Shown: positions 11,801 to 24,672 of the stretch, one piece after another
How the letters are laid out: every line of letters begins with the position of its first letter
Numbering within the stretch: the stretch's first letter is position 1
Assembly (NCBI GenBank): GCA_965240325.2
Contig: OZ251234.1
Coordinates: forward strand, 2,170,001 to 2,234,000
Length of the DNA stretch: 64,000 bases
Reading direction: 5' to 3'
Origin: Rebecca billardiae RCC1528
Lineage: Eukaryota; Protista; Haptophyta
Notes under the pieces: model-generated
The model's input: only the letters and a program-made list of their open reading frames with translations
Database searches by the model: none
What the model was told of the DNA's origin: nothing
Made by a program: the position numbers and the translations under genes

Positions 11801-14488
11801 GCCGCCGAGCCCACCTCCCTCGCAGCCGCCGTCGCCGCCGCCATCGTCACCGCCGTCCCTGCCGCCACCGCCTCCGCCAAGCCCGCTGCCGTCGCCGCCG
11901 CCGGCGGCGCCGCCGCCGCCGCCGCCGAGCCCACCGCCGAGCCCGCCTCCCTCGCAGCCGCCGCCTGCGCCGCCGCCGCCGCCGCCACCAAACCCGCCGC
12001 CATCGTTGCCGCCGGCTGCGCCGCCGTCCCTGCCACCGCCGCCGCCGCCGAGCCCGCCGCCGAGCCCACCGCCGAGCCCGCCCGTGCGGTACTGGTACTC
12101 GGACTGCCTCGACGACACGACGGTGTGCACCGAGCTCGTGGCCTCGGCAAGCGGGCTCACTGGCCCGATCCCCACGGAGGTGGGGCTGATGACGCGGCTG
12201 ACCCGATTCGAGCTGCACGACAACTCGCTGAGCGGCACGATGCCCACCGAGTTTGGCAGGCTGACCAGCCTCGAGCGCAGCACGCTCTACCGAAACTCGC
12301 TCGACGGCCAGATCCCGACCGAGCTGGGCGAGCAGGCGAGTCTCGTCGAGTTGCAGCTGTTTGGCAACTCGCTGAGCGGCGCGCTGCCCACGGAGATGGG
12401 CATGCTGACGACCTTCACCAAGCTCGTGCTCGAGGACAACTCGATCTCTGGCAGCTTGCCCACCGAGATGGGCCAGATGGGTCGGTTTGAGCAAATGTGC
12501 GTGCAGCGCGCGAGGGCGCGCGCGCTCCCGACGGCACCCCACGCGCGCCGCGTGCTGCCGCTCACGCGCGCGCGGCGGTACGCGCGCGCGCACGCCTGGC
12601 GCGCAGGCTGCTGCGCGCGAACTCGCTCGTCGGCAGTATCCCGACGGAGGTGGGCGGCCTGAGCAGCCTGGCGCTGATGCAGCTGAACGACAACTCGCTC
12701 GACGGGAGCATCCCCACGCAGGTGGGCGGCATGACGAGCCTCACGGTGATGGCGCTGTACCGCAACTCGCTCGTCGGCGCGCTCCCGACGGAGGTGGGCG
12801 AGATGACGAGCCTGATCGAGCTGGAGGGCTTCCGAAACTCGCTGAGCGGCCCCGTGCCGACGGAGGTCGGCGCTCTGACAAGCCTCACCAACCTGCTCTT
12901 TGACCGCAACTCGTTTGACAGCCTGCCGACTGAGCTCGGCTTGCTCTCGAGCCTGTGGCTGATGGGCTGCGACCTGAACTCGCTGGCGAGCAGCATCCCG
13001 ACCGAGCTCGGCGGCATCACCACGCTCGCGCTCATGTACCTGTACGACAACTCGCTCGTCGGCACGATCCCGACCGAGGTTGGCGAGCTGACGAGCCTCT
13101 CGTGGCTGCGGCTGTACCGCAACTCTCTGTCGGGCACGATTCCGACGGAGGTGGGCGCGCTCACGATCGGCACTGCGCTGAGTCTGTTCGGCAACTCGCT
13201 CGACGGCAGTGTGCCCACGGAGCTCGGCGCGATGGCGAGCCTCACCTCCATCTCGCTGGACGACAACCCGATCGTGAGCGTCATTCCGACCGAGATTGGC
13301 GCGATGACGAGTCTCACGGCGATGAGCGTCGCCGACACGCTCATGTGTGGCGGCGAGCACGGCTTCTCGGTGGTGGCGCCCGCGGTGCTGCCGGCGTGCC
13401 CGCCGTCGCCTCCGCCGAGCCCGCCACCCTCTTTGCCGCCGCCGCCGCCGCCGAGTCCATCGCCATCGCTGCCGCCGCCGCCTCCGCCGAGTCCATCGCC
13501 ATCGCTGCCGCCGCCGCCCCCGCCGAGTCCATCGCCATCGCTGCCGCCGCCGCCCCCGCCGAGTCCATCGCCATCGCTGCCGCCGCCGCCTCCGCCGAGT
13601 CCATCGCCATCGCTGCCGCCGCCGCCTCCGCCGGGCCCGCCACCCTCTCTGCCGCCGCCACCACCGCCGAGTCCATCGCCATCGCTGCCGCCGCCTCCTC
13701 CGCCGACTCCTCCGCCATCGCTGCCGCCGCCGCCACCGCCGACTCCACCGCCATCGATGCCACCGCCGCCGCCGCCGGGCCCGCCACCATCGATGCCGCC
13801 GCCGCCGCCGCCGACTCCGCCGCCCTCGCTGCCACCGCCGCCTCCGCCGGGCCCGCCACCCTCGCTGCCGCCGCCACCACCGCCGAGTCCATCGCCATCG
13901 CTGCCGCCGCCGCCGCCGCCGACTCCGCCGCCCTCGCTGCCGCCGCCGCCGCCGCCGAGTCCGCCGCCCTCGCTGCCGCCGCCGCCGCCGCCGACTCCGC
14001 CGCCATCGCTGCCGCCGCCGCCGCCGCCGACTCCACCGCCATCGCTGCCGCCGCCGCCTCCGCCGACTCCACCGCCAACGCTGCCGCCGCCGCCTCCGCC
14101 GAGTCCACCGCCCTCGCCGCCACCGCCCTCGCCGCCACCGCCGGCCCCGCCTGCGCCGCCACCGTTGTCGCCGCCGCTGCCGTTCCCTCCGCCAAGCCCA
14201 CCGCCGCCGCCGCCGCCGAGGCCGCCTCCGAGCCCGCCGCCATCGGCCCCGCCACCGTCTCTGCCTCCGCCTCCGCCGCCGAGCCCGCCGCCGTCACCGC
14301 CGCCGCCGCCTTCGAGCCCGCCGCCGAGCCCGCCGCCGAGCCCGCCGCCGAGCCCGCCGCCGCCGCCGCCGCCGCCCGCGCCGCCCCCGAGCCCGCCGCC
14401 GCCGCCTCGCACCGAGCCGCTGCCGCCGCCGAGCCCGCCGAGCCCGCCGCCGAGCCCGCCGCCCTCGCCGCCGCCGAGCCCGCCGCCC

Positions 14489-14521
<33 letters not shown>

Positions 14522-14817
14522 CCGCCCAGCCCGCCGCCCAGCCCGCCGCCGCCGAGCCCGCCGCCTCCGCCGCCGCCCAGCCCGCCGCCGAGCCCGCCGC
14601 CCGGCCCGCCGCCCTCGCCGCCGCCCTCGCCGCCGCCGCTGCCGCCGCCGTCGCCTCCGCCGAGCCCGCCGCCGTCGCCGCCGCCCTCGCCGCCGCCGCC
14701 CTCGCCGCCGCCGAGCCCGCCGCCCTCTCCGCCGCCGAGCCCGCCGCCCTCGCCGCCGCCGCCCTCGCCGCCGCCCGCGCCGCCGCCCGCGCCGCCGCCG
14801 AGCCCGCCGCCCTCGCC

Positions 14818-14851
<34 letters not shown>

Positions 14852-17800
14852 TCCCCGCCGCCGCCGTCCCCGCCGCCGCCCAGCCCGCCGCCGCCAGTGC
14901 GCGAGAACGCCACCACCTTCACCGCGGTCGTGGCCGTGCCGCAGCAGCTCGCGCTCGGCCCGCAGTGGTGGCTGCCGGAAGGCGCGCGCCTCAAGTGGCT
15001 GCCCGCCGCGGAGGGCGGCGGCGGCGTGAACTGCTCCGCGCCCGCGCTCGACGCGTACGGCGGCGAGCAGACGCTCGTCGGCGGCAACGCGACGTTCACC
15101 GTCACCGAGCCCGCGTGGGCGCTGCGCTTCTGCTACTGGGCGGCCGGCAGCCCGAGCAGTCCGGGCGCGGCCGGCTGGACGGAGGACGTGACGTACTACC
15201 TGGACGCGCAGGAGGTGCTCGGCAGCTCGCGCGCGTTCGTGGTCGAGGGCGTGCGCACGCGCCTCACCTTTGCCGGCATCGGCGTCGCCACGGGCGACGC
15301 CGCCAAGTTTGTGGCCGCCGCCGACGCCGCGGCGCTCGGCTGCGCGGACGCGCCGTCCGCGCACGACGGCGGCGCCGCGCTCTCGCTCGTCGGCTCGCGC
15401 GTACAGCCGACGTTCCCCGCCGCCGCGTCGGGGCTGGTGCTGTGCTACCGCTTCCGCACGCACGCGTACAAGCTGTACGCCGCGCTCACGCTCGACGTGT
15501 ACGGCCTCGACGCCGCGCCGCCCGCCACGTTCGTCGCGGGCGTGCCCGAGGCGTACGCGCTGAGTGGCCTCGGGCTGGGCGCGGCCGACGCGCTCAAGTG
15601 GGTGCGGCCGGGCGCGACGAGCTGCGCGGCCGCGGCCGACGCGTCGCTGGGCGGGCTGGTCGGCACGCCCGCCGCGGGCGTGTCGGCGCCGTTCAGCGTG
15701 AGCGCGGGCGCGCTCGGGCTGGCCCTGTGCTACCGCTTTGGCGCCGAGCCGTTCGCGCTGTACGCCAACCTGACGCTCGACGTCCTGCAGGCGACCGCGC
15801 CCGGCGCGACGTACGCCGTGCGCGGCGTGGCGGAGCGCGTGGCGTTCGAGGGCGTGGGGCTCGCGCAGGGCGACGGCGCGTTCTGGATCGCGCAGCCGTC
15901 GGACGGCTCCACCCTCGCCGCCGCGTGCGCGGCGGGCGTCGACAGCGCCGCGCGCGTGTCGAACGCGGCCGCGCTCGACGCCAGCCTGACGGCCGTCTTC
16001 GAGGTGGAGGCGCTCGGCGCGTTCTCCCTGTGCTACCTGCACCGGGACACCGAGCCGCCCGCGCTGTACGAGGGGCTCGTGCTCGAGGTGTACGCGGTGA
16101 CCGAGCCCGCGCTCTCGCACGCCGTGGTGGGCGTGCGCGAGGCCGTCGTGCTGGGCGGCGAGGGCGTGGGCAGGCACGCGGGCCAGGCTTTCTTCTGGGC
16201 GCTCGGCGAGCAGAGCTGCCTCGCCGGCGTTGCGGACGGGCGGTACGGCGGGCAGCGCAACGTGTCCGGCTCCACGGCGACGTCCGAGCTGCTCGTGCCG
16301 CCGCCCACCGACGCGCCGCTCTCGCTCTGCTTCCGCTTCCACCCCGCCGAGCCGTGGGCGCACTTCCCCGAGATTGGTCTCTCGGCGCTGCACGTCGCCG
16401 GGCCGCTGCGCTCGGCCGTGGTGGCGGGCGTGCCCAAGGCGCTCACGTTCGAGGGGTACGGCGTGGGCGGCGGGGACGTGGCGCGCTGGGTGAGCGCCGG
16501 CGCGGCGGGCTGCGACGAGGCGGCCACCGCCGCCACGCAGCCCGTCGGCGCCGACGGCACCGCCACCTTCTCGCAGTTCGACGCGGCGAGCGCCGGGCTC
16601 GGCCTCGAGCTGTGCTACGCGTTTGCGGGCAAGCCCGAGCGGCTGTACGGCGCGGCGACGGGCGCGCCGCGGCTGCTCGACGTGCTCGAGGTGCGCTCGC
16701 CGGCGGAGACCATCGCCGTCGTCGGCGTGCCCGAGGCGGTGCCCTTCGTCGGCCTCGGCCTCGGCGAGGGCGACGCCGCGTACTGGGCGCCCGCGCGCAC
16801 GGCGTCGTGCGCCGACGCGCCGCCCTCGTCCGCGTACGGCGGCGCGCAGAACGTGAGCGCGGCGGGCGTGGCGAGCTTCACGTTCGCGCAGACGACCGCG
16901 TCCGAGCCGGACGGGCTCGTGCTGTGCTACGCCTTCGCGGGCGAGCCGTACGCGCTCTTCGCCGCCGTCACGCTGCGCGCGTACGACGTGGACGGCCCGG
17001 CGTTCACGCGCGTCGTCGTCGGCGTGCCCGAGGCCGTCGCCTTCTCCGGGTACGGCGTGGGCGCGGGCGACGCGGCCAAGTGGGTGGAGTCGAGCGCGGC
17101 GGACTGCTCGGGCACGAACAAGCGCTTCGGCGGCGGCGCGCGCACCGTCGACGCCGCCTCGAGCGTCTCCGTGAGCTTCAGCGCCACCGGGCTGGGCCTG
17201 GCGCTGTGCTACGCGTTTGCGGGCGAGCCGTACAAGCTGTACGCGGGCCTCGCGCTCGACGCGGTGCAGGCGCAGACGCCCGCGGCCACGCTCGGCGTGG
17301 CCGGCACGGTCGCGTCGGTGGTGTTCGGCGGCGTCGGGCTGAGCGCGGGCGACCAGGCCTTCTGGGCGCCGTACAACGGCACGGCGATCGACTGCGCGGC
17401 CGAGCTCAGCGCGGCCGACGCGCTGCCGGGCGGCGCGTACGGCGGCGTGCAGACGCTCGACAGCGGCCTGCGCGCCAACTACTCGCTCGGCGCGGCGCAC
17501 GCGGACCTGCGGCTGTGCTACAAGCACGCGGACGAGGCGTACGCGTACCGCGCCGGGCTGCGCCTCGTCGCCGCCGAGGTGCAGGGCCCCGCCGCCACCG
17601 CGGCCGTCGCGGGCGTCGCCGAGCCGTTCAGCGTGGCCGGCGTGGGCGTGGCCGCGGGCGACCGCGCGTACTGGGTGCGCGACGCGGCCGAGTGCCCCGC
17701 GGCGGGCGGCGGCGCGTCGGCCGAGCTCGGCGGCGTGTTCGTGCTCGACGCGGGCGGCGGCGGCACCTTCACGCCCACCGCCGCCGCCTCCGGCCTCAGC

Positions 17801-20800
17801 CTCTGCTACCGCTTCGGCTCGGAGCCGTGGGCGCACTACCCGGCCGTCGGGCTGCGCGTGCACGCGCTCTACTCGTACGCGGGCGGCGGCCGCGCGGTCG
17901 TGGGCGGCGCCAAGGGCGTGACGTTCGACGGGTTCGGCGTGAGCGGCGCGGACCGCGCGTACTGGGTGCCCGCGGGCACGCCCGCGTGCGCGTCGCAGCC
18001 CTCGCTCGTGCAGTGGGGCGGCACGCAGCCCGTGTCCGCCGGCGGCCTCGGCGCGTCGTTCACCTTCCTGCGCGGCACGGGCGCGCTCGGGTACGCGCTC
18101 TGCTACGCGTTCGGCGCCGAGCCGTTCGCGCTGTACGCCAACCTGACGCTGGACGTGCTGCAGATCTCGGGGCCGGCCGTGGTGCTCGCGGTGGTCACCG
18201 TCGAGGAGTCGATCACCTTCCAGGGCGTCGGCCTCGGCGAGGGCGACGAGGCGTACTTTGTGCCGATGGGCGCGGGCGCGGCCGGCTGCGCCGAGGCGAA
18301 CCGGATCTCGGGCGACGCGAACGCGCTGATCAGCGGCGGCGTGGGCGCGTTCACGTTCCCCGCGGTGGCGACGGGCCACCGGCTGTGCTACCGCTTCGGC
18401 CCCGCCTCCGAGGGCCTGCCCTGGCGCCAGTTCTCCGCGACCACCCTCTCGGTCACGCTGCCCGACGACCCGTTCGCGCTCGCCGCCTTCAGCGGGCTCG
18501 CGCCCACCGCCGCGCCGATCGGCGTCGCGTACGGCGCGACCAGCGTGACCGTGTTCGGCTCGGGCTTCGAGCTGGGCGCGCAGAGCAAGGCGGGCATCAT
18601 CTACTGCGTCTTCGGCGACGGCGCCACCGAGGTGCGCGTCCGCGTCGACGCGATCACGCCGACGGCGATCAACTGCACCGCGCCCGCGCTCGACGCGGCC
18701 GGCGTGGCCGCGCTCTCGCTCGTCGCGGACGAGACCGACGCCTCGAGCGGAGAGCCGCGCGAGCCGGTGGCGATCACGAACGACTTCACGTTCTTCGAGA
18801 TGGGCTCGGTGCGCGTGGCCGAGCTCGCGCCGCCCGGCGCGCCGCAGGGCACGCAGGGCGCGACGCTCGCCGTGCGCGGCGCCAACTTCTCCGACCACGG
18901 CGGGCTGGCGTGCGCGTTTGTGGGCGACAACTTTGAGGGCGGGCGCGTCGAGGTGGCGGCGACGCTGCCCGACGCGGGCACGGCGGAGCTGCTCTGCGCC
19001 GCGCCGTACGTCTCGCCCACCGTCGCGCCGGGCGACATCGCCGTCGAGGTCTCGCTCAACGGCCAGGCCTTCACCGACGACGGCGCGCAGTTCACGCTGT
19101 ACACGGCGCTCGTCTCCGCGGCCGAGCCGAGCGGCGCGCCCGTCGGCGGCGCCGACCCCGCGCTCACGCTCTACGGCTCGGGCTTCGTCGACCTCGGCGC
19201 GACGACGTGCTCGTTCGCGCCCGCGGCGGGCGGCGCGGCGGTGCAGGTGGCCGGCGAGGTGCGCGACGCGACCACCGCCACGTGCGCCTCGCCCGGCGCC
19301 GCCGCCCCCGCCGGCTCGTACGTCGTCTCGCTCTCGCTCAACGGCGGCGTGCACGCGGTGTCCGTCCTCTTTGACGCGATCGGCTTCGAGCTGTACGACA
19401 TGGCGGACGTGGCGGTGACGAGGCTGGTGCCGCCGGGCGGGCCGGTGGCGGGCGGCACGCGCGTCACCGTGTTCGGCACCGGCTTCGACGAGTACGGCGA
19501 CGGCGCGACCGACCGCGCCCGCCGGCTGTGCTGCGTGCTCGGCGCCGCGGGCGCGTGCACGGCGCGCGCGACGCTGCTCGGCGCCGCGGCCGACGGCTCG
19601 TCGCGCGCGCTGTGCACGGTGCCGCCGGCGGGGCTCGCGGGCAACGTGACGCTCGACATCTCGCTGAACAACGGCACGCTCGCCTCCACCACCGACTCCG
19701 CCGTCCGCTTCGTGTACCACGACGAGCCGACGCTGCTGAGCGTCAGCCCGGCCGTCGGCGACGCGATCGGCGGCACGACCGTCACGCTCGTGGGCTCGGG
19801 CTTTGCCGCGCTCGCCGACTCGGGCGTCGAGTACGGCGCGGACCCGGCGTCGTTCCTGCGCGTGCGCTTCGGCCCGACGACCGCCGCGGCGCCGCTCTCG
19901 TTCAACGACACGCACATCGTGCAGCTGTCCAGCTGGGGCGCGGAGGGCGGCGCGGCCGTGCGCGTGAGCCTCAACGGGCGGCAGTACGCGCCCGCGGACG
20001 GCGCGGCCGCGCCCGCCTTCACCTTCAGCGGGCTGCACGCGCCCGAGCTCTCGCAGGCGCTCTTCAGCGACGAGGGCACCGCGCTCAAGGTCGTGCTCGA
20101 CGGGCAGGACACGAACCGCGGCGGCATGGTCGGGCTCGGCGGCTGCTCCGCCGTGCTCGACGACGCGACCGTCTCGCTCATCCAGGGCGACGCGGGCGCC
20201 GAGCCACTCTGCTTCTGGCAAGACGACTCGACGATCGTCGCGCAGCTCAACGCGCTCACGGCGCTGCGGCCGGGCGACAGCGTCGCGCTGCGGGCCGACG
20301 TGATCACGCCGCGGCTGTACACGGGCGCGTGCCCCGGCACGCGCGGGCTGTGCGCGTCGGGCGCCGCCGAGATCGACGCCGACTTCCCGTGCGCCTCGTG
20401 CCCCACGCCCGTCGCGGACATCTCCGGCCCGAGCCAGATCTCGCAGTGCCCGAACGAGGTGCTGCGCCTCGACGGCACCGCGTCGTCCGGCGGCGGCGCC
20501 GTGCCGCTCACGTACACGTGGCGCGTGGACCCGAGCCGCTCGGACTTTGCGGACGCGATCAACGCGCAGCTCGCGACGCAGACCGGCCCGGTCGTCGAGC
20601 TCAGCGCGCTGCAGGGCGACAGCTACGTCTTCCTGCTGCGCGTCTCGTCCTTCCTCGGCGTGCAGAGCGCGCTCGTCGAGTGGCCCGTCTCGCGCGGCGG
20701 CGGCGCGTCGCCCTCGCTCGCCATCGACGGCCCGAGCGTGCAGCTCGCGCGGCCGTCGGAGGCGCTGCTGCTGCAGGGCGTCGCGACGCTCGCCGACTGC

Positions 20801-23800
20801 TGGCCCGTGGCGCAGGCCTCCGACATCGTCTTCTCGTGGAGCTACCTCGGCTCGAGCGTGAGCGCGAGCGGCGCGGCCGCGGCGCTCGCGCTGCCGCTCG
20901 ACGAGCCGGACAAGTCCGGGCTGCTCATCCCCGCGTTCACGCTGCTCTCGGGCTACTCGTACGAGCTGCAGCTCGACGCGTACATGCTCGCCGAGCCGAG
21001 CGCGGCGACGAGCGCGACCGTCACGGTGTCCGTCGAGGCGCAGGCGCTGCAGGTCATCGTCGCGGGCAGCGACCGGCAGAGCGCGGCGGACGCGGCCGTC
21101 TCGATCGACGCGTCCAGCTCGTACGACCCCAACGTGCCCACGCTCGAGGCCAAGTCGAGCCTCGCGTTCGCGTGGGAGCTCGCGCTCGACGCGAACGGCA
21201 CGGCGGGCGAGCCGGTCTCGCTCGACCCCGGCCTCGGCGTCGACCTCGGCGCGTCGGTGCTCAGCCTGCCGCCGGGCGCGCTCGAGGCGGGCGCGTACGT
21301 CGTGACGGTGCGCGTGTCCGCGCCCGACCTCGCGCCCGCGTCGGCGTCGCTCGCGCTCGACGTGATCGCCGCGGCCGACGTGCCGATCATCACGTTCGAG
21401 CCGCTCACCAAGGTGAAGTACAACCCGACGTGGGACCTGCCCACCGAGCGCGTCACCCTCGTCGCGAGCGTCGCCGGCCGCGGGCGGTACAGCTTTGGGT
21501 GGCGCGCGTTTGTGGACGTGGGCGGGCAGCGCAGCGCCGCCGACCTCGACCTCGGCGACGGCGCGGTGACGACGACGGGCGACGACAAGCGCACGCTCGC
21601 GTTCCGCAGCGGCGTGCTCACGCCGGGCGCGCTGTACAGCTTCCAGCTCACCGTCAGCGGCGGCTCGGTCGACGCGCTCGGCTCGGTGCAGGTGCAGATG
21701 AACCGGCCGCCGTACGGCGGCGCGCTCACCGTGCAGCCCGCGTCGGGCGGGCGCGCGCTCGAGACGCTCTTCACGCTGCAGGCGCTGGGCTGGACCGACG
21801 ACGTGGCCGACCAGCCGCTCGAGTACGCGTTCTCGCACACGTTCGACGCGGACGGCGCGGCCGCGCGCTCCAAGGCGCTCTCGGAGCGCGTGCGCTCGCC
21901 CACGCTCCTCGACACGTACCTGCCCGAGGGCGGCCTCACGCTGCGCGTGCGTGTCTTCGACTACTACGGCTCGGCGGTCGACGCGACGGTGGGCACGACG
22001 GTGCTCGCGCCGTCCTCCGTGGACTGCGCCGCGCTGATCGCGCAGGCCGAGGCGGAGGTCGCGACGGGCAACATTGCGCGCTCGATGCAGCTGCTCGCCG
22101 CGCTCTCCAGCGACGGCAGCTGCGTGGCGCAGGACGCGCGCGGCCGCCGGCTCGGCGCCGCGCCGCGGCCGCGGCCGCGCCGCCGCGCGCTGCAGGACGG
22201 CGGCGGCGCGGGCGCGAACGCGACGAACGGCAGCGCCGCCGCCCTCTCGTGCGACGGCGCCGCCGGCTCGACCGTCGAGGAGATGCTCGACATCGTGGGC
22301 AGCGCGGGCAACGCCTCCGTCTCGACCGCCGCGAGCCGCACGCAGCTGGCGGGCGCGGTCGCAGACATCCTGCTCAGCGCCAACGCGTCCGAGCTGAGCG
22401 CGTGCGCGCAGCTCGACGCGCTCTCGCTCACGCTCGGGCTCGTGCTCGACTCGGCCGCCTCGGGCGTCGACGAGGACGCCGCCACCTCGCTCTTCGCCGC
22501 GCTGCTCGCCGTGCTCGGCGCCAACGTGACGCGCCTCGAGCCGGCCGTGGCCGCGGCGATCAACGCGCTCGCGACCGAGACCGCGGCCGGCCTGGCGCTC
22601 GCCTTCCTGACGGGCAAGGTGGCGGACGAGGAGTACGCGCAGATCAGCGGCGCCGGGCTCAGCCTCTCGGCGGGGCGCTCGTCCGACGTCGCCAACTCGA
22701 CCATCGCCGCGCCCGGCGGCGTGGGCGGCCTCGCCGTGCCGCTGGGCGCGCTCGACGGCCTGCCCAACGCGTCGGTGGTGGACGTGGTGCAGTTCCTGTA
22801 CGCGCGCAACACGAACGGCGACCCGACGGCGCAGCCCGGGCTGGGCGAGCTGCAGACGCCGGTGTACTCGGTCACCTTCGCCTCCGCGTCCACCGGCGCG
22901 CAGCTCGCCGTCGCCGGCCTCGACGAGCCCATCGTGATCGCGATCCCGCTCAGCGCGTCGCACGAGCTGCAGTACGGCGCGTCGGGCGTGTGCGCCGAGT
23001 TTGGCGGCTGCAACGGCCGCGGCGCGTGCGTGCTCGAGCCGCACAACGCGAGCGCGCTCGGCGTCGACCCGAACGCGAGCGCGCCCGGCGGCGCGTGCGC
23101 GTGCGACGCGCCGTGGTACGGCCCGAGCTGCCTGCAGCGCGCGCTGTGCCACTTCTGGGACGTGGCGGAGGGCGCGTGGTCGACCGACGGCTGCGAGACC
23201 GTGCCCACGCCGCCGGGCGGCGACAACGGCACGCTGTACTGCGCGTGCACGCACCTCACCGACTTTGGCGGCGTCTCCGTCACGACGCCCCCCGACGAGC
23301 CGGACGGCGGCGGCGGCGGCGGCGGCGGCCGCGGCCGCGGCCGCGGCGGCGGCGGCGGCGGCGGCGGCTCGTCCGGCCCCGCCGCGGCGTCCGTGCGGCC
23401 GGCGTCGCTCGGGCCGAACCCGGCCGTGCTCGGGCTGGTGCTCGGCACGGTGGGGTGCGCGCTGCTGCTCGCCGCGCTCGGCGCGGCGAAGGACTGGGCG
23501 GACGGCCGGCGCGAGGCGACCAAGGTCGCCGTCGACGCGGACGCGGACGCGGCGCGCGGCGGCGGCGGCGCGGCCGCGGGCGGCGCGCTCGCGCTCGCGC
23601 TGCGCGCGCTCCGCGCCGCGCTCGCGTCCGAGCACACGCTGCTCGGCCTCGCGCTGGGGACGGACGCGCACGTGCGCCGGCCGGCGCGCGCGGCCACGCT
23701 CGGCGTGCTGCTCAGCCTCGAGATCGCGATCTGCTGCGCGCTGCTCGCGCCGGCGGGCGCCTCCGACGCGCCGGCGCCGCTCGGCGCCTCGGCCGTGGCG

Positions 23801-24636
23801 GCCGTCGGCTTTCTGGCGGCCGGGCTGAGCGCGCCGGCGCTGCTGGCGCTCAAGGGGCTGTGGCGCTGGGCGCACAAGGGGCCGCCGCCCGCGCTGCTGC
23901 GCGCGCTCGCGCGCGCCGCGGCGGGCGGCGTGCGCGCGCGCCGCCGCGCCATGCTCGCCTCGGAGGCGGGCGTGAGCGCGCTCGGCGCCGCGCCGCGCTC
24001 GCGGCCGGCCGCAGACCGCGTGCGGCCGACCGCGGCCGCGCCGCGCCCGCCGCCGCCGCCGCCGACGGCCGGCGCGGACGGCGTGGACGGCGTGTCGCGC
24101 CCGTCGCCGCAGGACGCGTCGCCGCCGCCCTCGCCCGCGCGCCCCTCGCCGCCGCGCTCGGTCGGCGCCGACTCGGACATCGAGCAGATCTCGCTCTCGC
24201 CGCCGCGGCAGCCGTCAGCGCTGCCCTCGCCGCCGGGGCGCGCGCCGCCGGGCGGCGCGGCGCCCTTCGTCGGCGCCGACGGCTCGTCGCCGCCCTCGCC
24301 GGCCGGCGTGCGCGTCGTGCGCGCGCAGCGCGAGTCGGGCGACGCGCTCGCGCGCCGAGGCAGCGAGTCGGCCGCCGCTGGCGGCGGCGGCGGCGGCGGC
24401 GCCTCCTCCGGCGCCGCGGCTGTGATCACGCCCGACGCGTCGCCGGCGCGACGGCTGGCTCAGCCGAGCCGCGCGGGCGCGCGCGCGGGCTGGCAGGACG
24501 GCGGCTCGCCGCTGCCGCCCGCGTCGCCCGCCAAGCCGAGCACGCCGGGCGACGCGGAGGAGGGCGCCGGCGCGGCCTCGGACTGGGCGCGCGAGCGCAC
24601 GCGCACCTCCTCGCCGCAGGAGCCGAGCGAGCCCAC

Positions 24637-24672
<36 letters not shown>

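Noticed and set aside
2552-12283. Huge Gly-rich, Arg-rich and WTQEATR-repeat ORFs on the antisense strand and alternative frames
   Set aside because: They are shadows of the Pro-rich CDS; CCG-rich repeats lack stop codons in most frames.
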